The notes under the pieces: generated by a model
Seen by the model: only the letters and a program-made list of their open reading frames with translations
What the model was told of the DNA's origin: nothing
Database searches by the model: none
Shown: positions 51,674-64,000 of the stretch, piece by piece
Position numbering within the stretch: position 1 is the stretch's first letter
Layout: each line of letters begins with the position of its first letter
From: Laetmonice hystrix
Lineage: Eukaryota
Assembly (NCBI GenBank): GCA_965235115.1
Contig: OZ249436.1
Span: 23,748,001 to 23,812,000, forward strand
Direction: 5' to 3'
Length of the DNA stretch: 64,000 nucleotides
Translations under genes and position numbers: made by a program

Positions 51674-52681
51674 ACTAGAAACACTGATTGCTGAAGCAAT
51701 ACAGGGATCCCATCCCCCTGGTTATCATCACTTGTCAACACGTTGTGAACCCTGATGCAGTGCACACTGGGAAACTGTCGTGCCAAGCCACTTCTCAGAT
51801 TCCATAGCATGAAAACTATTGATTTTAGAGAAGCCATCTTGGTGTCACAGACAGTTGACCTATTAAAAAATCTTGGATTGGTCTATTTGAATGCAATTGC
51901 AAAATATCCTTTGGTAATCAGTACCAGTTCAATCCTGTAATCACATGTCAGAATTGCGTGGCGATGGTCAAGAGTGTTCGACTCGCATCGGAAAGGTCCG
52001 GGGATCAATCCCGGTACTCGGCATGTTTTTCACTTTTTTTATTTTCCCCCCTAATTTTTAAAAATAGTCACGTGACCTAAAAAAATTATATAATAAAGAG
52101 CATATATGATTTCCTAATCATGTTTAATAGTAACCAAGGCTCCATCTTTCACCGTTTAGAAGTTACAGCCAATTGTTTCTATAAACGGCCATGACCCCAA
52201 CTTCAATGCCACGTGGTACCCTTAAAATAGATCACAGCGCTTTATCCTAAAGAACCCTATTGAAGGTCCCCATGGAGATTTCCTGAAATCAATTTGGAGT
52301 CAATTCGATCAAAAATGTAGGGCGTGAAACAATTTTGTCACTTTTTGACCTATGACTTACATCTCAAGAAGGTTAAAGGTCAGGGGTCAAATGTGGTAAG
52401 AAAGTTATGGGCACTTAAGTGATAAGGTCTCCGATATGAATAAATTTTGTTCTGCTCCTCCAGGAACTCTAGAAATAAGGTATTTTCCCCAACTTTTGAT
52501 TACGTCATAACTCTATGACGTTACGTCATATGACGTCATGCATATAAAAATGAGTTGCTATGCCCATGGGCAAGAGTCCCACCAAGTTTCATTACGATAC
52601 CTTAAGAAACAACTGAGAAATCGATCATTGTTAACTACTACTACGGGTACTACTACTACTACTACAACTACAACAGGTATA
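51674..52681 (-). mobile_element. HINE body with tRNA-like cassette (head not in window)
   Basis: Tail ACTAGaaacactgattgctgaagcaatacagggATCCCATCCCC; nearly identical to 54173-55187. Confidence 0.8.
51947..52023 (+). other. tRNA-derived cassette followed by oligo-T (copy at ~54446-54522)
   Basis: ...gagtgttcgactcgcatcggaaaggtccggggatcaatcccgg resembles anticodon, variable and T arms (CGC triplet in the loop); degenerate. Confidence 0.5.
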
Positions 52682-54171
52682 ACTAGACATCATGATTGCA
52701 AGCAATACACTAATCCCATTTCCTCCGGACGTCATGAGGAAAACGCCAGGTGCCATTCGTATGCTATCAAGTAACTAAAGTGGCCCATAGCCTTACCACT
52801 CTGCCATCTTGGTTTTACTGTCAGTCCTGGAACCTTTGTCCCAAATCTCAGAAAGGGTAATTGACAGAGGTCAAGTTATGGGAAAATTATCTCTGAAAAC
52901 AATGTATGTCAAAATATTTCATAACTATGATTTTGACAAGGCCTCATATCCTGCCTGGTGGTGTTTTGGTATTCAGAGTCTGAAAAATGAGAAGAAAAAA
53001 AATTCCGTATTTGGTGGGATTCGAACCCATGATCTCCGGCCTTTAGGTCGGGCATGCTACCCACTCAGCTATTGAGACTCACGGGTATAGAGGTACCTAG
53101 GTCCTATTTGAAATAGGTGGATGACGTCATGACACAAAAGAGTGACGTCACAGAAAAAAGTTTGCATAAATCTAGCTCAGCATCCCATCCTCTTTAAGCC
53201 TATTAAGTTTCGTTAAGATCTGTTAAAAACTGCCAGAGATATGACCGATTTCTGGTAAACTTTATCTTTGAGAACCATGTATGTCAAAACATTTCATAAC
53301 TATGACTGTGACAAGGCCTCATATCCTGCCTGGTGGTGTTTTGGTTTTCAGAGTGTGACAAATGAGAAAAAAGTTTTTGTACTTGGTGGGATTCGAACCG
53401 ATGATCTCCAGCCTTTAGGTCGGGCATGCTACCCACTCAGCTATTGAGACTCACGGGTATAGAGGTACCTGGGTCCTATTTGAAATAGGTGGATGACTTC
53501 ATGACACAAAAGAGTGACGTCACAGAAAAAAGTTTGCATAAATCTAGCTCAGCATCCCATCCTCTTTAAGCCTACCAAGTTTCATTAAGATCTGTTAAAA
53601 ACTGCCAGAGATATGACCGATTTCTGGTAAACTGACCAAAGAATCAAACTTTGATGTCACGTGATTCAGTGAAAAAAGGTCTGATCGCTAAACAACGGCC
53701 CCACAATTTTAAGCTATCCACCAGGAACATCCAGAAGTGGTTTGGTCAAGATTTTCAAAAAAATGAGAGAGTAGTAAGGATTTAACCGTATTGTGACCTT
53801 TGACCCGAATCTCAGAAAGGGTAATGATCCAAGGTCAAGTTATGGAACAAGTATCTTAGAGAACCATCCACGAAGAGGATCTATAACCAATATTTCTCCA
53901 AGTAACAGTAGTTTTGTGTTGGGAGTTGATAAATTGATGCTCCATGTGACGTGTTTGAGACGTCATAAAACCAAGACATGACGTCGCATGAAGTCCTGCT
54001 TCATATGCACAGATCTTCATCCCATGATGAACCCTCCCTGCAAGTTTCAACCTGCTATCTTAAATAGTGACCGAGATATACACTTTGTCTTACAACAGGA
54101 ATAATAATAATAATAGTGTAGACGAAACCATACAAAATCAAAATCCCATTTCCCCGTCAGGGAAATGGGAT
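52682..54171 (-). mobile_element. Complete HINE related to 30306-32141, with a ~373-bp duplication carrying two tRNA-like cassettes
   Basis: Tail subTIR atcccatttcc matches head atcccatttccccgtcagggaaatgggat; - strand gtctcaatagctgagtgggtagcatg...gggttcgaatccc at ~53004-53077 and ~53378-53450. Confidence 0.85.
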
Positions 54172-55187
54172 AACTAGAAACACTGATTGCTGAAGCAATA
54201 CAGGGATCCCATCCCCCTGGTTATCATCACTTGTCAACACGTTGTGAACCCTGATGCAGTGCACACTGGGAAACTGTCGTGCCAAGCCACTTCTCAGATT
54301 CCATAGCATGAAAACTATTGATTTTAGAGAAGCCATCTTGGTGTCACAGACAGTTGACCTATTACAAAATCTTGGATTGGTCTATTTGAATGCAATTACA
54401 AAATATCCTTTAGTAATCAGTACCAGTTCAATCCTGTAATCACATGTCAGAATTGCGTGGCGATGGTCAAGAGTGTTCGACTCGCATCGGAGAGGTCCGG
54501 GGATCAATCCCGGTACTCGGCATGTTTTTCACTTTTTTTATTTTTCCCCCCTAATTTTTAAAAATAGTCACGTGACCTAAAAAAATTATATAATAAAGAG
54601 CATATATGATTTCCTATTTATGTCCAATAGTAACCAAGGCTCCATCTTTCACCGTTTAGAAGTTACAGCCAATTGTTTCTGAAAATGGCCATGACCCCAA
54701 CTTCAATGCCACGTGGTACCCTTAAAATAGTTCACAGCGCTTTATCATAAAGAAGCCCATTGAAGATCTCCATGGAGATTTCCTGAAATCAATTTGGGGT
54801 CGATTTGACCAAAAATGTGGGGCGTGAAACCATTTTGTCACTTTTTGACATATGACCTACATCTCAAGAAGGTTAAAGGTCAGGGGTCAAATGTAGTAAC
54901 AAAGTTATGGGCACTTAAGTGATAAGGTCCCCGATATGAATAAACTTTGTTCTGCTCCTCCAGGGACTCTAGAAATAAGCTATTTTCCCCAACTTTTGAT
55001 TACGTCATAACTCTATGACGGTACGTCATATGACGTCATGCATATAAAAATGAGTTGCGATGCCCATGAGCAAGAGTCCCACCAAGTTTCATTACGATAC
55101 CTTAAGAAACAACTGAGAAATCGATCATTGTTAACTACTACTACGGGTACTACTACTACTACTACAACTACAACAGGTATAATAATA

Positions 55188-58100
55188 ACTAGATACGTTG
55201 TGGAGTACCACAATGGATCCCATCCCCGGGGTGTCCCATGTAACATGTTCTGAATAGGGATAACTATGGTACTATCTTGCACCCGTGACGACTTATGAGC
55301 CTTAGAAGATGGAAGTTACGTCATTATGACCTTATGCTACGTCATAAATATTGATCTCAATGGACTTCCTATTCATGTTCAAAAATAACTATAGGTGTAT
55401 TTAGCACCGTTTACTAGTTACAGGCTTCTACCAATCCTTAGAAGGGCTCAGTTACGTCATAAGGATGTAATAGATCACACAACAGAATAAATCTTGGTGT
55501 CAATTGAAAGAACATAATGAGGACTTCCTGTTTATATTCAATACTAACTATGGGTCTAACTCCTACCATTTACAAGTTAAAACCCTGAGAAAATATCGAT
55601 GACATCGTTATGTCATGGGTCACGTGACCTAAGAAATAATGATGCCAAACGAAAGAGTATACATGACTTCCTATTCGTGTTCAATAGTAACTATGGGTCT
55701 AACTTCAAGCATTAACAAGTTATATCCCTTAGAAAATATCGATGACATCTTTACGACGTCACAGGTCACGTGACCTTAAGGATGACGATACCAAGTGATG
55801 GCAAGTTATAGCCCTCACAAAATATAGGTTCACTGGCTGTGGTAATCAGTACCAGTTCAATCCAGTATTAGCTTGTCAGATGGCGTAGCACTGGCGATAA
55901 GTGTCTTGACTCACATGCTATGGGTCGCCGGTTCAATCCCAGGCCGAGTCACCTATTTTTTTTTACTTCTACCGGAAGGGTCCCGCGTTCAATCCCAGGC
56001 CGAGTCACGTTTCTTTTTCTTTTTGTTTTTTCCCTCTAATTTTTAAAAATGGTCACGTGACCTGAAAAAAAAAAATATCATAAAAGAGCATAATGACTTC
56101 TTATCTGTGTTTAATAGTAACCAATGCCAAATCTGGCACCGTTTACAAGTTCTAGAAAATTGACAATTTTTCGAAATTTCAAAGTCACGTGATTCAGCGA
56201 ATATTAGTCAAATCGCTTATCTTTTGATGATTTGAGACAAGCTCATGTTAGAGAGTCCTTCTGCCTAATATTGTCGAATTTCACCAAAAAATGAAGAAGG
56301 AGTAGCGATTTAAGAGATTTGTGACTGAGGACCCAGTTCTCCCAAAGTTCAAGGTCAAATGACAAATGAAGGGTCCATGTTAGACTAGATCCTTGCCTGA
56401 TTAAAACGCCATGATGGGGTTTGGAAATTCCCAATATGAACGTCATGACGTGACGTCATACGTCACGTCACGTGATATGTCACAACTCATTGTCTGACCA
56501 GTCCTTGTCATGGTCAAGATGTGTGCCAAATTTGATTGAGATATCTTGAAAACTGACTGAGATAGACGCCACTGTTTACTACTACTACTACTACTACTAC
56601 TACGACGCAAAGACTAGCTCGACTGATTGCTAAAGCAATACACGGATCCCTTCCCCTAACTTGTTTGGTGAGGGGAGAGTAAGGCGACGTGAGAAATCTT
56701 AGTGCCAATTGAAAGAGCAAGTGGCCAAATCCTGGCAACTGAAAGAGCATCTATGAGTTCCTATTCGGGTTCAATAGTAACCATGATCGTATCTAGCACC
56801 GTTTAGGAGTTACAGGCCCCTGAAAATCCTTAGAAAATGGCAATGACGTCATTATGACGTCATACGTGATGATAGGTCAAAAAGGTTGGTGGCATTCGAA
56901 AGAGCATATATGACTTCCTATTCATGTTCAATAGTAACCATGGCTCTATCTTACACCGTTTCAGAGTTACCGCCATTTGTTTCTCAAAAATGGCTATGAC
57001 CCAATTTCGATGTCACATGGTATGCTAAAAATAGTGCACAGCCCTTAGTCTGATCCCGGGGATCTGGGAAACCCCATTGAGATTCCCTGGTATCAATTTG
57101 GGCTCGATTTGTCAAAAATTGTTGGAGGAGAGGCGAATAGTCACATTTTGAGCTGTGACCTACATTTCAAGAAGGTCAAAGGTCAGAGGTCAAATTGATG
57201 AATAAAATTATTCCCTCTCAAGTGGCAAGCTAAGTGCTTTGAATGAATTTTCTCTAACTGATCATGGGACTGGTACAATGAGACACAATGAGGTACTTTC
57301 CAAAACACCAAATTACGTCATTACGTCACGTCATATGACGTAAATCTTGGTGTTATTTGAAAGAGCATCTATGAGATCCTATTCGTGTTCAATAGTAACT
57401 ATGACCCTATCTAGCACAGTTTAAGAGTTATAGGCCTCTGAAAATGCCAATGACGTCATTATGACGGTAAACGTCACATGACGTCATAAATCTTGGTGTC
57501 AATTGAAAGAGCATATATGACTTCCTATTCATGTTCAATAGTAACCATGGCTCTATTTTACACGGTTTCAGAGTTACAGCCATTTGTTTCGCAAAAATGG
57601 CTATGACCCAATTTCGATGTCACGTGGTATGCTAAAAATAGGGCACAACACCTAGTCTGATCCCGGGCCTCTGGGGAATCCTATGGAGATTCCCTGGTAT
57701 GAATTTGGGCTCGATTTGTCAAAAATTGTGAGAGGAGTATTGAAATAGTCACATTTTGACCTGTAACCTAGATCTCAAGAAAGTCAAGGGTCAGAGGTCA
57801 AATTGATAAATAAAATAATTCCCCCTCGAGAGGCAAGCTGGGTGCTATGAATGAATTTTCTCTAACTGATCACGGGACTGGTACAATGTGGTACAATGAG
57901 GTACTTCCCAAAACATCAAATTACGTCATGACGTCAGGTCATATGACGTAAATGTTGGTGTCATTTGAAAGAGGATCTATGAGTTCCTATTCGTGTTTAA
58001 TAGTAACTATGGTCCTATCTAGCACCGTTTAGGAGTTACAGACCTCTAAAAATCCTTAGAAAATGTGAATGACGTCACTAACGTCATAGTTCATAGGTAA

Positions 58101-60343
58101 AAATGTTGGTGTATCTATGACTTACTATTCATGTTCAGTAGTAACCATGGCTCTATCTTAGACCGTTTCAGAGTTAGTCATTTGTTTCTCAAAAATGGCT
58201 ATGACCCAAATTCAATGTCACATGCCATTTCTCTAGTTTCAAAGTTTAGCACCAGGTCGCAGCACGCCTCGGCAATATCCCGGGTCAGGGGCTGCTGTGG
58301 GAGGAAGGGGGTCCCCGATATGCTAGTCCCAATATGCGGCAGGTAGGGGGTCCCTCATATTTAATAGGCCTATTGAGTGAGGAAGTTCTAGTCCCAATAA
58401 ATATGGGGAAGGTAGGGTGTCCCTGATATTTAGCCGACATATTGATATGTGACCATCCCTGGCCCAGATATTCTCAATTCAATACAATACAATATGTTTA
58501 TTCACAACCTCGATGGAGGCAAAGGAACAGGGTCAGGGATTGTATAGTATAGTAGCACTGCTCACTCCATCTGCCGCCGCCAGGGCCCGGCCCCCTAGCG
58601 TGAGGACAGTGTGTAGTCGAGACGTGCTGCTACCTGGTGTCAAACTTCGCCCCCCCCCCACGGTTGATTGTGTGCTAACGAGATGGGATTTTATTTCTCA
58701 CTCCAGTCATTTCCTTAGCCAAAACGCAGCCATACTTTTCCAAACGTTACACACAAGGAGCTATAAATGTTTAATCTATACATCGACTTTCAAGGCATAA
58801 GTCTACATTAAATATTTACAAAGACAGGCATGAGTAGCAATTCAAAGTAGTAGCAGCAGGTAACGTGATAGCTCTTCACAAGAGTCTATGCTTGATGTGC
58901 GAGAGGTCTAGCGTTCGATTCCCCATCAAGTCATTTGCTGTTTTCGTTTTGATGTTTTTTTTCGACTGAATTTGAAAAATATTATGTTTCTCCCCTTGAC
59001 AATTGCAAGTCGTTCGGCTACAGATAATTTACAGCTATATTTCACGTTTAATGACGAAATATACAGCATTACGCCACTGTCTGCAGTGTGGACTAGTATG
59101 GAGAACGCCATTGCCAACCGGCATTGGATTTAACCAAAGATCTATGAAAATAGCTTCGGTCTTTACATGGCGAGTTCCATTCCGAGACTTGGAATCTTCT
59201 CTTCAAAGTTGCCTGACATTGAGCTAAATATGTCCCTGAAGTACTCCCCTATTTATAGATAGAAACATTAGATACTTATTCATACAGAGGCCGGTCGGCT
59301 CAGTGCCTACAGTCGGCCCCTTCCAGCGGACAACGAGCGGTGACCCGACGTCACTCACGAAAGAGGTTTCTAGGTCACTCGATCAGTGGTCAAATTGCCT
59401 GTCTCTCTTTACGACCTTCTCTTATATAATTGATCTCCGTGTTGTTAATTATATATTTTGCCAATTGAAATTTATAATATCTTAAAGTAGACAGTTTAAA
59501 GTCCACACCGTGTAAATATTAAAACGCTGAGCTTATTGTCCCGTAGTTGAGAAGTGCCCCAAAGTAAAGAAGAGATCACGTTGCAGATGACGTTGTAGAT
59601 GACGTCACAGGTCACGTGGCACCAAAAATATGGTACCTAATTAAAGTAGACATAAACCTTTATGAGGTTCATTTAAAATTATGGCTCTATCTCAAATCAT
59701 TCATGAGTTACAGCACAAAATCTTCCAAATGACCCAAGTCAAGCTCAAGTTCAAAACTTTCAGGTCACGTGGTTCAGCGAAAATAGGTCAAATCGCTTAT
59801 CCGCCTAGGAATCTGGTTGAGCTGTCCCTAGAGAGTGCCTGTGCGACATATTGTCAAGATTTATCCAAAATTGGGGAAGAAGTAATGATTAAACCGGTTT
59901 GCGAGCTAGGGACCAGGTATGTCTAAGTTCAAAGGTCAAAGGTCAAATGAAGGGTCAGTCTTATGCAGCACCCTTGCCCGACTAAAACGCCTTGACGAGT
60001 TTTGGAAATTCCCAAGATGAGGTTCAAAAATGGGCTAAATGTACAAAACACGTTTCACGTCATGACGTCATGACGTGACGTTACGTGACGTCATGGCGCA
60101 CCATGAGATCAGAGTTTGTCATCGTCAAGACGTAGCCCAAGTTTCATTGAGATATCTTCAAAAATGACTGAGATATACGTATAGGTTTACGACTACTACG
60201 ACTACTACTACAGGCATAAAAATAAGGAAGACGAAACCAGACAATTTCAAGATCCCTTCCCCTATCGGGGGAAGGGATAAATAATAATAGGGAAGACGAA
60301 ACCGTACAATCTGAAGATCCCATCCCCCTGTAGGGGATGGGAT
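55188..60343 (-). mobile_element. HINE (body 55188-56612; head inferred at ~60288-60343)
   Basis: Tail ACTAGatacg-ttgtggagtaccacaa-tggATCCCATCCCC; tRNA-like cassette at ~55882-55952; (ACT)n before the next tail. Confidence 0.7.
56613..60278 (-). mobile_element. HINE family B, complete copy
   Basis: Tail subTIR atcccttcccct matches head atcccttcccctatcgggggaagggat; collinear with 5778-8854. Confidence 0.85.
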
Positions 60344-60427
60344 AATAATAATAATAGGGAAGACGAAACCACACAATTTCAAAATTCCATCCCCCACTTG
60401 GGGGATGGGATAATAATAATAATAATA

Positions 60428-63400
60428 ACTAGCCCGACTGATTGCTAAAGCAATACAGGGATCCCTTCCCCTGACGAGGAACAATGAAGCAATAATAAAA
60501 TAATAATGATAACGAGGCAATAGGTGTTGCTAGGCAACACCAGATCCCATTTCCCATTTATGTACATGACGTGCACCTAGCCATGACGTGTACAACTACA
60601 TGACGTGTACCTAGCCATGACGTGTACCTAGCCAAAACCAGACATGGCGATTAGTATGGCTATAACAATGGCACAAAAGGCATTGGTGTATTATGACGTC
60701 ATTATGACGTTATACGTCACACGACGTGATAAGTCTTGGTGGCAACTGAAAGAGCATCTATGAGTTCCTATTCGGGTTCAATAGTAACTATGATCGTATC
60801 TAGCATCGTTTAGGAGTTACAGGCCTCTGAAAATCCTTAGAAAGTGGCAATGACGTCATTATAACGTCATACGTGATGATAGGTCAAAAAGGTTGGTGGC
60901 ATTCGAAAGAGCATATATATGACTTCCTATTCATGTTCAATAGTAACCATGGCTCTATCTTACACCGTTTCAGAGTTACCGCCATTTGTTTCTCAAAAAT
61001 GGCTATGACCCAATTTCGATGTCACATGGTATGCTAAAAATAGTGCACAGCCCTTAGTCTGATCCCGGGGATCTGGGAAACCCCATGGAGATTCCCTGGT
61101 ATAAATTTGGGCTCGATTTGTCAAAAATTGTTGGAGTTCAGGCGAATTAGTAACATTTTGAGCTGTGACCTAGATTTCAAGAAGGTCAAAGGTCAGAGGT
61201 CAAATTGATGAATAAAATTATTCCCTCTCAAGTGGCAAGCTAAGTGCTATGAATGAATTTTCTCTGATCATGGGACTGGTAAAATGAGGCACAATGAGGT
61301 ACTTTCCAAAACACCAAATTACGTCATGACGTCACGTCATATGACGTAAATCTTGGTGTCATTTGAAAGAGCATCTATGAGATCCTATTCGTGTTCAATA
61401 GTACCTATGACCCTATCTAGCACAGTTTAAGAGTTATAGGCCTCTGAAAATGCCAATGACGTCATTATGACGTTATACGTCACATGACGTCATAAATCCT
61501 GGTGTCAATTGAAAGAGCATATATGACTTCCTATTCATGTTCAATAGTAACCATGGCTCTATCTTAAACGGTTTCAGAGTTACAGCCATTTGTTTCTCAA
61601 AAATGGCTATGACCCAATTTCGATGTCACGTGGTATGCTAAAAATAGGGCACAACACCTAGTCTGATCCCGGGCCTCTGGGGAATCCTATGGAGATTCCC
61701 TGGTATCAATTTGGGCTCGATTTGTCAAAAATTGTGAGAGGAGTATCGAAATAGTCACATTTTGACCTGTAACCTAGATCTCAAGAAGGTCAAGGGTCAG
61801 AGGTCAAATTGATAAATAAAATGATTCCCCCTCGAGAGGCAAGCTGGGTGCTATGAATGAATTTTCTCTAACTGATCATGGGACTGGTACAATGTGGTAC
61901 AATGAGGTACTTGCCAAAGCATCAAATAACGTCATGACGTCAGGTCATATGACGTAAATGTTGGTGTCATTTGAAAGAGCATCTATGAGTTCCTATTCGT
62001 GTTTAATAGTAGGCCTAATTATGGTCCTATCTAGCACCGTTTACAGACCACTGAAAATCCTTAGAAAATGTGAATGACGTCACTATGACGTCATAGTTTA
62101 TACGTCACGATAGGTAAAAATGTTGGTGTCAATTGCAAGAGTATTTAAGACTTACTATTCATGTTGAGTAGTAACCATGGCTCTATAATACCGTTTCAGA
62201 GTTACAGTCATTTGTTTCTCAAAAATGGCTATGACCCAAATTCAATGTCACATGCCATTTCTCTTGTTTCAAAGTTTAGCACCTGGTCGCACCCCCCCCC
62301 CCCCCCCCCCTGGCAATATCCCGGGTCATGGGCTGCCACATATCGCCATGTGGGAGGAAGGGGGTCCCCGATAAAATATAATATTTAGCCGACATATTGA
62401 TATGTGACCATCCCTGGCCCAGATATTCTCCATCCAATACAATACAATATGTTTATTCACAACCTCGATGGAGGCAAAGGAACAGGGTCAGGGATTGTAT
62501 CTTATAGTAGCACTGCTCACTCCATTTGCCACCGCCAGGGCCCAGCCCCCTAGCGTGAGGACAGTGTATAGTCGAGACGTGCTGCTACCTGGTGTCAAAC
62601 TTCGCCCCCCCCCCCCCCCCCCCACGGTTGATTGTGTGCTAACAAGATGGGTTTTTGATTTCTTACTCTAGCCATTTCCTTAGCCAAAACGCAGCCATAC
62701 TTTTTAAAACGTTACACACAAGAAGCTATAAATGTTTAATCTATACATCGACTTTCAAAGCAAAAGTCTACATTAAATATTTACAAAGACAGGCAGCAGT
62801 AGCAATTCAAAGCCATAGCATTAAGCAGAAAGTCATAGCTCTTCAGAAAAGTATATGCTTGATGTGCGACAGGTCTGGCGTTCGATTCCCCATCAAGTCA
62901 TTTGCTGTTTTCGTTTTGATGTTGTTTTTCGACTGAATTTGAAAAATATTATGTTTCTCCCCTTTACAATTGCCAGTCATTCGGCTACAGATAATTTACA
63001 GCTATATTTCACGTTTAATGACGAAATATACAGCATACGCCACTGTCTGCAGTGTGGACTTACTATGGAGAACGCCATTGGATTTAACTGAGTTTTGTTA
63101 GTAAATAGCTTCGGTCTTCACATGGCGAGTTCCATTCCGAGACTTGGAATCTCCTCTTCAAAGTTGCCTGACATTGAGCTAAATATCTACTTGAAGTACT
63201 CCCCATAGTTTTAGGCAGAAATATTAGATACTTATTAATACAGAGGGCGATAGGCTCAGCGTCCACAGTCGGCCCATCACGCGGACACCAAGCGAGGCCC
63301 CGACATCACTCACGAAACCAGGTTTCTAGGTCAATCGATCAGTGGTCAAATTGCCTGTCTCTCTTCACGACCTTCTCTTATATAATTGATCTCCGTATTG

Positions 63401-64000
63401 TTAATTATACATTTTGCCAATTGAAATTTATATTATCTTAAAGTAGACAGTTTAAAGTCCACACCGTGTAAATATTAAAACGCTGAGCTTATTGTCCTGT
63501 AGTTGAGACGTGCCCCAAATTAAGAAAGAGATGACGTTGTAGATGACGTTGTAGATGACGTCACAAGTCACGTGGCACAAAAAATATGGTACCTAATTAA
63601 AGTAGACATAAAACTTTCTAAGGTTCATTAAGAATTATGGCTCTGTCTCAAATCATTCAAGAGTTACAGCACAGAATCTTCGAAATGACCTAAGTCAAGC
63701 CCAAGTTCAAAACTTTCAGGTCACGTGGTTCAGCGAAAATAGGTCAAATCGCTTATCCACCAAGGAATCTGTTGGAGCTGTCCCTAGAGAGTGCCTCTGC
63801 GAAATATTGTCAAGAATTATCCAAAAATGGGGAAGAAGTAATGATTTAACCGATTTACGAGCTAGGGACCAGGTCTCTCTAAGTTCAAAGGTCAAAGGTC
63901 AAATGAAGGGTCAGACTTATGCAGCACCCTTGCCCGACTAAAATGCCAAGACGGATTTTCGAAATTCCCAAGATGAGGTTCAAAAATGAGCTTTAATGTA
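60428..64000 (-). mobile_element. HINE family B copy running off the window
   Basis: Tail and body nearly identical to 5778 onward; 64000 corresponds to about 8610. Confidence 0.85.

Larger units (their letters stand above)
54173..60411 (-). mobile_element. HINE (body 54173-55187; head inferred at ~60355-60411) enclosing two nested HINEs
   Basis: Same tail as 51674; the third head in the 60215-60411 stack has an atcccatcccc-type subTIR. Confidence 0.7.

Noticed and set aside
53004..53077. Possible suppressor tRNA (CTA or TAA in the loop region) on the - strand
   Set aside because: Acceptor stem does not pair and the anticodon arm is irregular; it is a duplicated tRNA-derived cassette inside a mobile element.
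56613..64000. Segmental duplication of 5778-8854
   Set aside because: Similarity starts and stops at element termini, so these are better explained as independent family B insertions.

Overview
Eukaryotic, repeat-saturated DNA from an invertebrate (probably a lophotrochozoan; the taxon is inferred, not established). The only convincing host gene is three spliced + strand exons (29568-30164, 33083-33306, 34241-34568) encoding two tandem von Willebrand factor A domains; nearly everything else is intronic or intergenic transposon DNA. The dominant component is a set of non-autonomous Helentron/DINE-1-like (HINE) elements. In element orientation each has a 5' subTIR hairpin 'head', an ATT tract, a (GTA)n microsatellite, a core, internal 146-bp or 258-bp tandem arrays (some also carry tRNA-like cassettes), and a 3' subTIR + stem-loop + CTAG 'tail'. 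These elements appear to insert repeatedly into the ATT tract of one another. The result is Russian-doll nests in which bodies lie head-to-tail and the displaced heads pile up in ~60-bp stacks that match their tails in last-in-first-out order, like balanced brackets. Also present: a decayed CACTA/EnSpm-type transposase, a LINE endonuclease fragment, and TIR elements with readable TSDs (PIF/Harbinger, Kolobok, ISL2EU, Tc1/mariner MITE, tentative Academ-like and Sola2-like). Family names rest on motif recognition by eye; no database searches were run.
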